Of a stretch of 38,555 nucleotides of DNA, positions 17,813 to 26,793 are shown in pieces. Origin of the DNA: Clostridia bacterium (GTDB lineage Bacteria; Bacillota; Clostridia; Oscillospirales; CAG-272); NCBI GenBank assembly GCA_017532045.1, contig JAFXJW010000055.1, forward strand, positions 1-38,555, read 5' to 3'. The position numbers and the translations under genes are program-made. How positions within the stretch are numbered: the first letter of the stretch is position 1; each line of letters begins with the position of its first letter. The notes under the pieces were generated by a model. That model did no database searches. It was not told the origin of the DNA and saw nothing but the letters and a program-made list of their open reading frames with translations.

Positions 17813-18661
17813 TTACTGTGCGCCACCGTCCTTGGGGATGTACTTGTTGATAATACGGTCAATGGTACCGTCAGCCTTCAGATCAGCCAAAGCCTGATTG
17901 ATCTTGTTCAGCAGCTCGGTGTTGCCCTTGTCCACGCAAATGGCGTAGTCCTCAACAGCATACTCGTTGTCGCCCTCCAGGATGTGGATGCCGTCATTAG
18001 CGGCCACGAAGGACTTAGCGGGCTCATTGTCAATGATGACGCAGTCAACCTTGCCGGTCTTCAGAGCGGAAATGGCCTCAGCACCGGTCTTGTAGCGGAC
18101 AACACGGTCAGTCTTGATGGACTCGTCGTCGTTGAGGTCGTTGAAGCCCCAACCGGAAATGGCGGAGGAGGAGTAGATGTCACCGGTGGTGTCCTGCTGA
18201 ACGCCGATCTTAATGTCGGGGTTCTTCAGAGAAACAGGATCACCGTTCTCGTCAAAGTTCCACAGATCGTCCAGAGTGGCGATGGTGGAGCCGTCGTTGA
18301 CGATGATCACCTGGATACCGGTAGCGTAAGTATTGGAGAAGTCCATGGACTCCTTGCGCTTATCCGTGACGGTGATACCGGCCATACCCATATCGTACTT
18401 ACCCTCGGCAACGCCGGTCAGAACGGCGCCGAAGTCCACGTCCACGATCTCCAGAGTCATACCCAGCTTGTCAGCAATGGCGGCAGCGATCTCGGCGTCG
18501 ATACCGACGATCTTGTCACCGTCCTTGTACTCGTAGGGAGGGAATGCGGCGTTGGTAGCCATGACGAGGGTGTTCTCTTCCTTCTTATCACAGGAAGCGA
18601 ACAGGCAAACAGCGCTTACCAGCATGCAAAGAGCCATGATAACGGCAATCAACTTTTTCAT
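17813..18661 (-). CDS. Amino-acid ABC transporter substrate-binding lipoprotein
   Basis: Start MKKLIAVIMALCMLVSAVCLFASC (lipobox FASC), preceded by an AAGGAG RBS. Type-3 SBP body (PPYEY, DMGMAGITVT). Confidence 0.85.
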   Translation of the reverse strand: MKKLIAVIMALCMLVSAVCLFASCDKKEENTLVMATNAAFPPYEYKDGDKIVGIDAEIAAAIADKLGMTLEIVDVDFGAVLTGVAEGKYDMGMAGITVTDKRKESMDFSNTYATGIQVIIVNDGSTIATLDDLWNFDENGDPVSLKNPDIKIGVQQDTTGDIYSSSAISGWGFNDLNDDESIKTDRVVRYKTGAEAISALKTGKVDCVIIDNEPAKSFVAANDGIHILEGDNEYAVEDYAICVDKGNTELLNKINQALADLKADGTIDRIINKYIPKDGGAQ

Positions 18662-18710
18662 GATATGTATCTCCTTATGGTGAATATTTTGCATCTTTAT
18701 GCACGGTAAC

Positions 18711-18739
18711 ATTATAGCACACTCACCCATTTTTTGCAA
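18711..18739 (-). promoter_or_regulatory. SigA promoter of the amino-acid ABC operon
   Basis: Minus strand reads TTGCAA (18739-18734), 17 nt, TGcTATAAT (-10 hexamer at 18716-18711). Confidence 0.6.
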
Positions 18740-18957
18740 CTATCAATATACACCAAAGGAACAAAAACATAGTCCAGGGTTTTGTGGCATATGTTACAAT
18801 TATTCAATTATGCAATCAGTTATACATAAACAGTGATTTTTCTTTTCCATCAATGCATATCCCTCACAGACCGTTTGAGTCGTCTCCATCAGCCGACAGT
18901 CATGCGCCAAGTATGCAAAAAACAGGCGCAAGCGTGGGAAAATATAGCGGATTGTGA

Positions 18958-18986
18958 TTGACATTTCCCGCAAAATGCCGTATAAT
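18958..18986 (+). promoter_or_regulatory. Consensus SigA promoter for the 19098 gene (and probably cdd-pdp)
   Basis: TTGACA (18958-18963), exactly 17 nt, TATAAT (18981-18986), in an AT-rich divergent spacer. Confidence 0.65.
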
Positions 18987-19097
18987 TGAAGTAGTAAGGA
19001 GAAGAATTTATTGTACTCATATTCTCTCCGCCCCGTTCATACCTTCCCCTCCCCCCGCATAGGATATACCAATTATCCATATACGGAGGTCACGGGT

Positions 19098-19634
19098 ATG
19101 TTCATTTACTCCTTCAAAGCCAGCAGCATCAAGTTTTTTGGGATCCTTTGCGTTGCCTTAGCGGCGCTCATTGCCCTCATTGCCTTTGTGCCCGCTTATG
19201 CGGGCGAGCAGAATACGGGCGGCGGGAACAGCGGTGGGGTAGCAGTGGATGCCCCCGAGGCAGAATCCGGCGTGACGGTATCGGTGCGCTACGACAAGGT
19301 CACGACCGCCGACGATGCGGCGGGCTTCCTCTCCCAGTTCGGCTGGGTGGTGGATGCCGGATCGGTGGAGACCAAGGAGGTCACCATTCCCGCCCAGTTC
19401 GACAAGGTGTTCGCCGGCTACAACGAGATGCAGAAGTCTCAGGGACTGGATCTGTCCAAATACAAGAAAAAGGGCGTCACCCGCTACACCTTCACCGTCA
19501 CCAACTACAAGGGGTATGAGGGAGCCGTGTACGCCAACGTGCTGACCTACCGCGGCCGTGTCATCGGCGGGGACATCTGCTCGGCAGACGTGAGCGGCTT
19601 CATCCACGGGTTTGAAAAGCCTGCGGGGGAATGA
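19098..19634 (+). CDS. Hypothetical membrane-anchored protein, DUF4830-like
   Basis: ATG with a GGAGG RBS (19086-19090), an N-terminal TM anchor FFGILCVALAALIALIAFV, and a C-terminal domain (FLSQFGWVVD ... YNEMQKSQGLDLSKYKKKGVTRYTF ... GGDICSADVSGFIHGF) that resembles DUF4830 by recall. An alternative TTG start at 19011 also has an AAGGAG RBS. Confidence 0.55.
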   Translation: MFIYSFKASSIKFFGILCVALAALIALIAFVPAYAGEQNTGGGNSGGVAVDAPEAESGVTVSVRYDKVTTADDAAGFLSQFGWVVDAGSVETKEVTIPAQFDKVFAGYNEMQKSQGLDLSKYKKKGVTRYTFTVTNYKGYEGAVYANVLTYRGRVIGGDICSADVSGFIHGFEKPAGE

Positions 19635-19877
19635 AATTGGGGTTTGTGGGGGCTCTGCCCCCACCCCCCGCAAGGCCCTTTTGAAAAAAGTTCTTTGGAA
19701 TCTCCCAAAACTTTTGAAAACCATTGTAAAACAAGAATGTTTTAAAGGTTCTTGGGATTCTTAAACCCTCGCAAACTTTGCCGTAGGCGAATTTGCCCCG
19801 AGCAAAGCGAGGAGGTCTTGCAAGAAGGGTTTAAGTGGGGTGCAGGGGTGAAACCCCTGCCCGACAAACCCAAATTT
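19634..19877. repeat. Mosaic hairpin repeat, copy R4: full-length element with terminal inverted repeats (order E-C-B(core)-A, inverted relative to R2)
   Basis: Terminal inverted repeats: AAATTGGGGTTTGT (19634-19647) and ACAAACCCAAATTT (19864-19877). Module E: GTGGGGGCTCTGCCCCCAC at 19646-19664. Module B: arms CTTAAACCCT (19760-19769) / AGGGTTTAAG (19826-19835) around the core. Module A: GCAGGGGTGAAACCCCTGC at 19842-19860. Confidence 0.9.
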
Positions 19878-19907
19878 GAAACGATTATTCAGGATTGGAG
19901 AAAGAAA

Positions 19908-20324
19908 ATGACCGATAAGGCTACCCTTTACAAATCCCTCATGGAGGCCGCCTCGGCGGCCCGTCAATACGCCTACTCCCCCTACTCGGGCTACCGCGTA
20001 GGGGCGGCTCTGCTGGGAAAGAGCGGAAAGGTCTACACGGGATGTAACGTGGAGAACGCAGGCTACTCCCCCACCAACTGCGCCGAGCGCACCGCCGTCT
20101 TCAAGGCGGTCAGTGAGGGAGAGCGGGAGTTTTTCGCCATCGCCGTGACGGGCGGGGCGAGGGACTCTGTTGATTCTGCCTGTACTCCCTGCGGCGTGTG
20201 CCGCCAGGTTCTGGCCGAGTTCTGCGACCCTGCCACACCCGTCATTCTGGGCACGCCCGACCACCTGCGAGTACTGACCCTGGGAGAACTGCTTCCCTTT
20301 GCGTTCACGTCGGGTAACCTGTAA
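19908..20324 (+). CDS. cdd: Cytidine deaminase
   Basis: Zinc-binding motifs CAERTAVF and PCGVCRQ, 138 aa, GGAG RBS at 19897-19900. The first 52 codons of ORF 19752..20324 are read-through of repeat R4. Confidence 0.9.
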   Translation: MTDKATLYKSLMEAASAARQYAYSPYSGYRVGAALLGKSGKVYTGCNVENAGYSPTNCAERTAVFKAVSEGEREFFAIAVTGGARDSVDSACTPCGVCRQVLAEFCDPATPVILGTPDHLRVLTLGELLPFAFTSGNL

Positions 20325-20342
20325 AAAGTAAAGGAGAAGACT

Positions 20343-21643
20343 ATGCGCCCATACGACATCATCAAAAAGAAACGGGACGGTCTTGAGCTGACCGATACCG
20401 AGATCCGTGATTTCATTGCGGGGTACGTAGCGGGGGACATCCCCGACTATCAGGCCGCCGCCCTGTGCATGGCATTTACTTTCAGGGCATGACCCCCGCC
20501 GAGACCGCCTCCCTCACCATGGCCATTCGGGATTCGGGAGACACCCTCCATTTTGAGGGCATCCACGGTCTCCGTGTGGACAAGCACTCCACCGGTGGCG
20601 TGGGGGACAAGACCAGCCTGGCGGTGGCTCCCATCGTGGCCTCTCTGGGCGTCAAGGTCGCCAAGATGAGCGGACGTGGACTGGGTCATACCGGCGGCAC
20701 CGTGGACAAGCTGGAGGCCATCACGGGCTTCCGTACCGACTTGACTACCGCCGAATTTGAATCCATCGTCAACGAGGTAGGCATCGCCATCGTGGGGCAG
20801 AGCGCCGATCTCGCCCCCGCGGACAAGCTGCTCTACGCCCTCCGTGACGTCACCGCCACGGTGGATTCCCTTCCCCTCATCGCCTCCAGCATCATGGGCA
20901 AAAAGCTGGCGGCCGACGACGACTGCATCCTCTTGGACGTCAAGACGGGTAGCGGCGCCTTCATGAAAACCGAGGCGGACAGCCGAGCCTTAGCCGAGGC
21001 CATGGTGGACATAGGCCGTCGGGCAGGTAAGCGTGTCCGTGCCCTGATCACGGATATGGACAGACCCCTCGGTAATGCCATCGGCAACTCCTTGGAGGTG
21101 ATCGAGGCCATTGAGACCCTGAAGGGGAACGGCCCTGCCGACTTCACCGAGCTGTGCGTGGCGCTGGCCACCCATATGCTGGTGATCTCTGACCGAGGAG
21201 ACGAGGCGACCTGCGAGGAGGCCGTCCGACGGGTCATGGCGGACGGCTCGGCTCTTGCCACCTTTGCGAGCATGGTCAAGGCCCAGGGAGGAGATCCCGA
21301 ACTGATCTACCATCCCGAGAAATTCCCCGCCGCCCCCTACTCCCATGAGGTTCTGTCCCCCGCAGACGGATACATCACCTCGGTGGACTGCGAGGGCTAC
21401 GGCACCGCCGCCCTGCTTTTAGGGGCGGGACGCAACCGAAAGGAGGATGTGATCGACCCCGTAGCGGGCATCATTCTCCACGCCAAGACGGGAGACCCCG
21501 TGAAGGCAGGTCAGCCCATCGCCACCCTGTACACCTCCAAGGCGGAGCTTCTGGATGCCGCCGAATCAAGGCTTTTGACCGCCACCTCCATAGGCCTATA
21601 CAAGCCTGCGGCACGCCCCCTGATCGTCGGGGTGGTGGAGTAA
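20343..21643 (+). pseudogene. pdp: Pyrimidine-nucleoside phosphorylase interrupted by a 1-nt frameshift near 20472-20475
   Basis: ATG 20343 (AAGGAG RBS) encodes [44 protein letters not shown], then hits TGA at 20490. ORF 20465..21643, in the -1 frame, continues [10 protein letters not shown]...DKHSTGGVGD...KMSGRGLGHTGGTVDKLE. Joined with one extra base, the length is 433 aa, the normal Pdp length. Confidence 0.8.
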
Positions 21644-21706
21644 TGGAGGGAGAGTTCCCTTCCCATAGATAGCATTTCATTTGACACCACCAAGGAAAGG
21701 ATGTTT

Positions 21707-22462
21707 ATGGCTTCTTGGATGATGCATTTCCGCATAGCGGACGCCCTGCTGCAAGCGGGGTCATGGAGGGATATGCCCCCCGAGGCAATCACCGCCTTCA
21801 TTTTGGGCAACGTGGCCCCCGACAGCGGTGTACCCACCCCCGACGGGCGGGGATATACCCCCAATAAGAACACCTCCCATTTCATGCGGCGGTTTGAGGG
21901 CGTACCCTCGGGGCAGAATCCCGAGCGATGCGACCCTCTGTGGCTGGCAGAGGCATGGCTCACCCCCGCCTTGGAGAGGGGAGACGGCGAGGCGGCGGCC
22001 TTTTTCCTAGGGTATCTGTGCCATCTGGTCACGGATAACGCATGGGTGCGGGACTTTATATACCCCGCAAAGGAGCAATTTTCCCACCTCCGGTTGGAGG
22101 AAGGAAAAGAGACCCCCGAGGGTGTGGCTCGGTTCTACGCCTTTGTCAAAAGGGACTGGTACGACATGGATTTTCTGTACGTCAAGCGGCATCCCGATCT
22201 CCCCGCATATGAACGGTTCCTGCATGCGCCCTCCCTGCAAAATCGGTTCCTTCCCTTCTTCCCCGCAGATGCCTTTGAAGCCAAGCGACGGGAGATCCGG
22301 GAATTTTACCTGCGGGGCGCGGCCACCGTGGAGGAGCGGAAGCTGTACATATCCGACACCCAGACCGAGGATTTCGTACAAAGAGTCGCCTCGGAGCTTC
22401 TTTCGGATTACCCCCACCTCTTCGGGGCGGTGACAGGCCTGTGCCAACCCCTTCCCCTTTAA
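21707..22462 (+). CDS. Hypothetical protein, zinc-dependent phospholipase C-like fold (putative metal-dependent hydrolase)
   Basis: N-terminal SWMMHFRIAD, then LGNVAPD, TSHF and GYLCHLVTDNAW resemble the W/H/D metal-ligand pattern of that superfamily (recall only). The ATG at 21707 has better RBS spacing (GGAAAGG) than the ATG at 21701. Confidence 0.45.
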   Translation: MASWMMHFRIADALLQAGSWRDMPPEAITAFILGNVAPDSGVPTPDGRGYTPNKNTSHFMRRFEGVPSGQNPERCDPLWLAEAWLTPALERGDGEAAAFFLGYLCHLVTDNAWVRDFIYPAKEQFSHLRLEEGKETPEGVARFYAFVKRDWYDMDFLYVKRHPDLPAYERFLHAPSLQNRFLPFFPADAFEAKRREIREFYLRGAATVEERKLYISDTQTEDFVQRVASELLSDYPHLFGAVTGLCQPLPL

Positions 22463-22463
22463 G

Positions 22464-22507
22464 AAAAAAATACCCACTCTGTCTTGGGGCAGAGTGGGTC
22501 CTTTTTT
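22464..22507. terminator. Bidirectional terminator between the convergent 21707 gene and metA
   Basis: ACCCACTCTG (22472-22481) / CAGAGTGGGT (22490-22499), flanked by A7 and T6 runs. Confidence 0.8.
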
Positions 22508-23423
22508 ATTGAATGTCTCGGACGTCGTAGGGGGTGGTCTGATACACGTAGTAGTTCAACCAGTTGGAATAGAACAGGTTGGCGCAGGATCTCCAGCGGA
22601 CGATGGGCTCTCTCGTGGGATCATCGTCGGGGAAATAGTGGGCGGGGGGCTGGATGGGCAGTCCCGCGTTCTTGTCACGGAGATACTCGTTTTTCAGAGT
22701 ATCGGCGTCGTACTCCGAGTGACCCATGACGTAGACCTGCTTACCACGGGAAGTCATGGCGCAGAATACGCCCGCCTCCTCCGAGCTGGTGACGATGCGA
22801 AGCTCGGGAACGGCCTCGATGTCCTCCCGCTTGGTGGTGGTATGACGGGAGTGGGGGACGTTGAACACGTCGTCGTAGCCACGGAACAGCATGGAGCGGT
22901 TGTAGTCCAGCTTATGCTCGTACACGCCAAAGAGCTTCTTCTCCAAGGGGTACTTGGGAATACCGTAGTGGTAGTAAAGCCCCGCCTGGGCCCCCCAGCA
23001 GATATGGAGGGTAGAGGTAACGTGGGTCTTGCTCCACTCCATGATCTCGCAAAGCTCGGGCCAGTAGTCCACCTCCTCAAAGGGGAGCTGCTCCACGGGG
23101 GCGCCCGTGATGATCATGCCGTCGTACTTCTTGTCCTTGACCTCGTCAAAGGTCTTGTAGAAGGCCAGCATATGCTCCTCGGAGGTGTGGCTGGATTTAT
23201 GGGTGGCGGTCTGAAGCAGCTCCAGCTCCACCTGCAGGGGAGTATTGCCGATGAGGCGTGCGATCTGGGTCTCTGTCTCGATCTTCTTGGGCATGAGATT
23301 GAGCATGAGAATGTGCAGAGGACGGATGTCCTGGGTGATGGCGCGGGTCTCGGTCATAACAAAGATATTCTCGTTGAGCAACGTGTCGGTTGCGGGGAGA
23401 AGGTTTGGTATTTTGATGGGCAT
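22506..23423 (-). CDS. metA: Homoserine O-acyltransferase (MetA family)
   Basis: [23 protein letters not shown]...[11 protein letters not shown]...HSRH, typical MetA, 305 aa. The start at ATG 23421-23423 has an AAAGGAA RBS. Confidence 0.9.
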   Translation of the reverse strand: MPIKIPNLLPATDTLLNENIFVMTETRAITQDIRPLHILMLNLMPKKIETETQIARLIGNTPLQVELELLQTATHKSSHTSEEHMLAFYKTFDEVKDKKYDGMIITGAPVEQLPFEEVDYWPELCEIMEWSKTHVTSTLHICWGAQAGLYYHYGIPKYPLEKKLFGVYEHKLDYNRSMLFRGYDDVFNVPHSRHTTTKREDIEAVPELRIVTSSEEAGVFCAMTSRGKQVYVMGHSEYDADTLKNEYLRDKNAGLPIQPPAHYFPDDDPTREPIVRWRSCANLFYSNWLNYYVYQTTPYDVRDIQ

Positions 23424-23473
23424 AATTGTGTTCCTTTTCAGGGTGTTTTTAGAGTATAGGCTATTTGGTTGCT

Positions 23474-23546
23474 GAAAAGATTTTGGAGATTCCAAAGAAC
23501 CTTTTGAAAAAGGTTCTTTGGTGGGTGCAGGGCAACGCCCTGCATC
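23474..23546. repeat. Mosaic hairpin repeat, copy R5 (short; empty B hairpin plus A/E-type hairpin) in the metY-metA intercistronic spacer
   Basis: Perfect 30-nt palindrome CCAAAGAACCTTTTGAAAAAGGTTCTTTGG (23492-23521), then TGCAGGGC-AAC-GCCCTGCA (23526-23544). Same arms as the filled hairpin at 16127-16203. Confidence 0.85.
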
Positions 23547-23553
23547 GTCCCAA

Positions 23554-24828
23554 TCACGCTCTCAACGCCTGATCCAGATCGGCCAGAATGTCCTCGATGT
23601 TCTCAATACCGATGGACAGTCTCACCTGCTCGGGGCGAACGCCGCAGGCGTTGAGCTGCTCCTCGGTGAGCTGACGGTGAGTGGTGGAGGCAGGATGGAG
23701 GGCGCAGGAGCGGGCGTCAGCCACGTGGACGACGATGTTCATGAGCTTCAAATTGTCGAGGAACCTGGTGGCGGCGGCACGGCCTCCCTTGATACCCACT
23801 GAGATCACGCCGCAAGCGCCGTGGGGGAGGTACTTCTTGGCCAGATCGTACTGGGCGTTGCCCTCCAGCAGGGGATAGTCCACCCAATCTACGCACTCGT
23901 GGGACTCCAGGAACTTGGCCACGGCCAGGGCGTTGGCGCAGTGACGCTCCATGCGAAGAGCCAGGGTCTCCAGACCGAGGTTCAAAAGGAAGGCGGCCAT
24001 GGGGGACATGGTGTTGCCCATGTCACGGAGCATCTGCACGCGGGCCTTGGTCACGAAGGCGGCGGGGCCGAAGGACTCGGTATACACCACGCCGTGGTAG
24101 GAATCGTCGGGGGTGGTCAGCTCGGGGTAGCGACCGCCCGCGTTCCAGTCGAACTTACCGCTGTCCACGATACAGCCGCCCACCACGGTGGCGTGGCCGT
24201 CCATGTACTTGGTGGTAGAGTGGGTCACGATGTCACAGCCGTACTCAAAGGGACGGCAGAGAATGGGGGTAGCGAAGGTGTTATCCACCACCAGAGGCAT
24301 GCCGTGCTTATGAGCCAGCTTGGCGTAGCGCTCGATGTCAAAGACAACAAGGGCGGGGTTAGCCACGGTCTCGCCGAAGAGCAGACGGGTATTCTCATCC
24401 ATCATGGCCTCGATCTCCCCGTCGGTCATATCGGGGGTGGCGAATCTCACCTCAATGCCCATCTTTTTCAGGGTCACGGCGAAGAGATTCACCGTACCGC
24501 CGTAGATGGAGGCCAGGGAGATGATGTTCTGTCCCGCAGAGGTGATGTTGAGGACGGTTGTCAGATTAGCGGCCTGACCCGAGGACACCAGCATGGCGCC
24601 CACGCCCCCCTCCATCTCGGCGATCTTGGCCTCCACGCAGGCCAGGGTGGGGTTGGAGATGCGGGAATACATATGGCCGTCGGCCTTAAGATCAAAAAGA
24701 TCGCCCAAATGGTCGGCGGAATCGTACTTGTAGGTGGTGCTTTGGTAGATGGGCAGAGTTCTGGCCTCGCCGTTCCCCGGCTTGTAGCCCCCCTGTACGC
24801 AAAGTGTGTCAAGCTTGTAGTTGGACAT
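23554..24828 (-). CDS. metY: O-acetylhomoserine sulfhydrylase / aminocarboxypropyltransferase (PLP-dependent)
   Basis: Cys/Met-metabolism PLP family with the lysine motif [10 protein letters not shown], 424 aa. The start at ATG 24826-24828 has an AGGAGA RBS. The upstream 35 codons of ORF 23554..24933 read into repeat R6. Confidence 0.88.
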   Translation of the reverse strand: MSNYKLDTLCVQGGYKPGNGEARTLPIYQSTTYKYDSADHLGDLFDLKADGHMYSRISNPTLACVEAKIAEMEGGVGAMLVSSGQAANLTTVLNITSAGQNIISLASIYGGTVNLFAVTLKKMGIEVRFATPDMTDGEIEAMMDENTRLLFGETVANPALVVFDIERYAKLAHKHGMPLVVDNTFATPILCRPFEYGCDIVTHSTTKYMDGHATVVGGCIVDSGKFDWNAGGRYPELTTPDDSYHGVVYTESFGPAAFVTKARVQMLRDMGNTMSPMAAFLLNLGLETLALRMERHCANALAVAKFLESHECVDWVDYPLLEGNAQYDLAKKYLPHGACGVISVGIKGGRAAATRFLDNLKLMNIVVHVADARSCALHPASTTHRQLTEEQLNACGVRPEQVRLSIGIENIEDILADLDQALRA

Positions 24829-24862
24829 GATGGTATTCTCCTGTATATGAATTGATTTATTC

Positions 24863-25186
24863 TTCAAATTTGGGTTTATCGAGGAAGTCTCCCTGTACCC
24901 CGTTCCCCCAAGATGAAGGACGAAGCCCTTCATTAAGAGAAGTGGCCGGGGGTATTGGGGGCGGCCGTGAGCGCCCCAATGCGCGGCGGAAGCCGCAAGA
25001 AGGTTTTCGATAAACTTCCTTTTGTGGAAAAGAAAATTCCAGTTTTGACTCGTAAAGTTTCTTGCACCTGCCGGTGCGCGTCAGGGTGCTCAAGGCCGCC
25101 CCCGACACCCCAGGCCTCCTACTTTTTCTTTGCAGGGGCTTCGCCCCTGCACCCTGTTACAGAGGAAACCCAACTCCTCGATAAAC
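24863..25186. repeat. Variant mosaic hairpin repeat, copy R6 (about 320 bp)
   Basis: Terminal-motif copy TTCAAATTTGGGTTTAT at 24863-24879. Hairpins: ATGAAGG/CCTTCAT at 24913-24933; ATTGGGGGCG/CGCCCCAAT at 24954-24980; GCGGC-GGAA-GCCGC at 24983-24996; module A GCAGGGGCTTCGCCCCTGC at 25132-25150. The motif TCGATAAAC or its complement occurs at 24874-24882, 25007-25015 and 25178-25186. Confidence 0.75.
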
Positions 25187-25192
25187 TGCAAT

Positions 25193-26647
25193 TTACTCAC
25201 TCCAGCCCGTCAGGTTATCGCACTGATAGAACACCCGATCCCCCACGGTGGTGACGCCCTCGGCGGTGAGGGTGGCCAGGGAGAGGCAACCCGAGAAGCA
25301 AGAACTAGGGAGAGTGGTGACGTTTTTCGAAAGGGAAACGGTAGTGAGGGAAAGACAGCCCATGAAGGCCTGTATGCCCAGCACCGTCAGCCCTGCGCCG
25401 CTTCTGAAGGTCTGCATACGAATGCAGCCATGGAAGGCGTCATCCCCAATGGACACCACGCTATCGGGGAGGGTCATGGCCGTCAGCCGCTCACAGCCGT
25501 AGAAGGCGCGCCGACCGATGGTGGTCACACCCTGAGGGATGTGGATCTCTCGGATGGAGGAACACTCAAAGAATGCGTTGGCGGGAATGGCGGAACAGCC
25601 CTTGGAGAGCGTCACGGTGATGAGAGAGGCAGGGATATAGCCCGCCGTGAAGGTGTAGTGAGCCGCACCGAAGAGGTAGCCCAGATAGGCCGTTGCCTCG
25701 GCGGGATGCAGGGCATCCCCCTTCTCAATAGCCGCCTTTTGCTCCTCGGTAATCGGATGATCGTAGGTACAGCCTCCCACGAAGGGAATGGTGAGACTCT
25801 CCAGTCTGCCACAGCCCTCCAGCATACCCTCGCCCATGTATGCGACGGTGCTCGGGAGGGTCATATTCAAGAGGCGAATACAACTCGAAAAGGCGTGCTC
25901 GCCCAGAGTGGTCAGGGCGGTATCGGCGGTAGTGATATAGGCAAGGCCCTCACAGCCGTAAAAAGCGAAATCGCCGATCTCAACCGTCGTATCGGGCAGG
26001 GAGACGACCTCCAGTCCACGGCAGGCATAGAAGGCGTAATCGGGGATAACCGTCCCCTTGGTCAGAACGAGGGTGGAGAGGCTAACGGGCACGTAGCCGC
26101 CGCCCGCCTCGTGAGTGGTAGCGCCAAAGAGAGCGCCAAAGTAGGGTGCGCCCTCACAGGTGTAGACGGGGGTTTTCAGGGAGGTAAGATTCTTGCACCC
26201 CTCAAAGGCGGACTTGCCAACCGAGGTAACGGTATCGGGAACAGACACGGCCTTGAGGCCCGTCATGCCCTTAAAGGCGGAGTCGGCAATAGCGGTAACA
26301 GGCTTCCCCTCGATGGTATCGGGAATGACGAGAACAGACTCGCCTCCCTTGTAACCCAAAACGGTCACGCCATTCTCGTTATTCTCATAAGCGAAGTCGG
26401 GAGTACGGGCAGGCGCAGACGAAGCAAAGAGGGCCTCCAGCCGCTCGGCATAGTCGGAGACGTCCGTAAGCACACGGTCATCGGTCAGATCGGGGACGGT
26501 AACGGGAGGAAGGGTCACGACCTCCCCATCGGGAGACGTATCTCCGCCGTCGGAGTCGATCGAGCAGGCGACCATAGTCAGAAGCAGGGACACCGCCGTC
26601 AGAGCAGCCAGCATGCGGCCAAGGGTTGCGGACAAATATGTTTTCAT
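25193..26647 (-). CDS. Leucine-rich-repeat (BspA-like) surface lipoprotein
   Basis: Signal peptide with lipobox (LLLTMVAC). The body has many roughly 23-aa repeats of the form I-P-x-x-V-T-x-I-G-x-x-A-F-x-x-C-x-x-L. Confidence 0.8.
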   Translation of the reverse strand: MKTYLSATLGRMLAALTAVSLLLTMVACSIDSDGGDTSPDGEVVTLPPVTVPDLTDDRVLTDVSDYAERLEALFASSAPARTPDFAYENNENGVTVLGYKGGESVLVIPDTIEGKPVTAIADSAFKGMTGLKAVSVPDTVTSVGKSAFEGCKNLTSLKTPVYTCEGAPYFGALFGATTHEAGGGYVPVSLSTLVLTKGTVIPDYAFYACRGLEVVSLPDTTVEIGDFAFYGCEGLAYITTADTALTTLGEHAFSSCIRLLNMTLPSTVAYMGEGMLEGCGRLESLTIPFVGGCTYDHPITEEQKAAIEKGDALHPAEATAYLGYLFGAAHYTFTAGYIPASLITVTLSKGCSAIPANAFFECSSIREIHIPQGVTTIGRRAFYGCERLTAMTLPDSVVSIGDDAFHGCIRMQTFRSGAGLTVLGIQAFMGCLSLTTVSLSKNVTTLPSSCFSGCLSLATLTAEGVTTVGDRVFYQCDNLTGWSE

Positions 26648-26710
26648 GATATTTCCTTTTCACGAAGTGTTTCAAAAGCGAAGGCTTCCCACATAGGTAT
26701 ACCTTTTTAT

Positions 26711-26739
26711 AGTATAACACAAAAGAAGCTGAAATGCAA
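26711..26739 (-). promoter_or_regulatory. SigA promoter of the LRR lipoprotein gene
   Basis: Minus strand reads TTGCAT (26739-26734), 17 nt, TGtTATACT (-10 hexamer at 26716-26711). Confidence 0.55.
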
Positions 26740-26761
26740 GAGTATTTCAGCATTTTCACGC

Positions 26762-26793
26762 AAAAAACAGGCCGCACCGAGGTGCGGCCTGTT
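26762..26793 (-). terminator. Strong rho-independent terminator about 215 nt downstream of rny
   Basis: 13-bp stem AACAGGCCGCACC (26766-26778) / GGTGCGGCCTGTT (26781-26793). On the minus strand it is followed by T6 (complement of A6 at 26762-26767). Confidence 0.85.

Noticed and set aside
18889-19080. A 63-aa minus-strand ORF and other small ORFs in the AT-rich divergent spacer 18740-19097.
   Set aside because: They overlap the consensus plus-strand promoter at 18958-18986, and have no RBS and no recognisable features.
20460-20492. Programmed -1 ribosomal frameshifting in pdp.
   Set aside because: There is no slippery heptamer at the shift site (ATG GCA TTT ACT) and no obvious downstream stimulatory structure. 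Pdp is not known to use recoding. A 1-nt deletion or sequencing error is the simpler explanation.
24829-25192. A SAM-I riboswitch or Met T-box upstream of metY.
   Set aside because: I reverse-complemented the spacer by hand and scanned it. No GGAGGGA/GGCCC/GCAACC/GGTGC arrangement and no T-box GGTGGTACCGCG-like sequence was found on the coding-sense strand.
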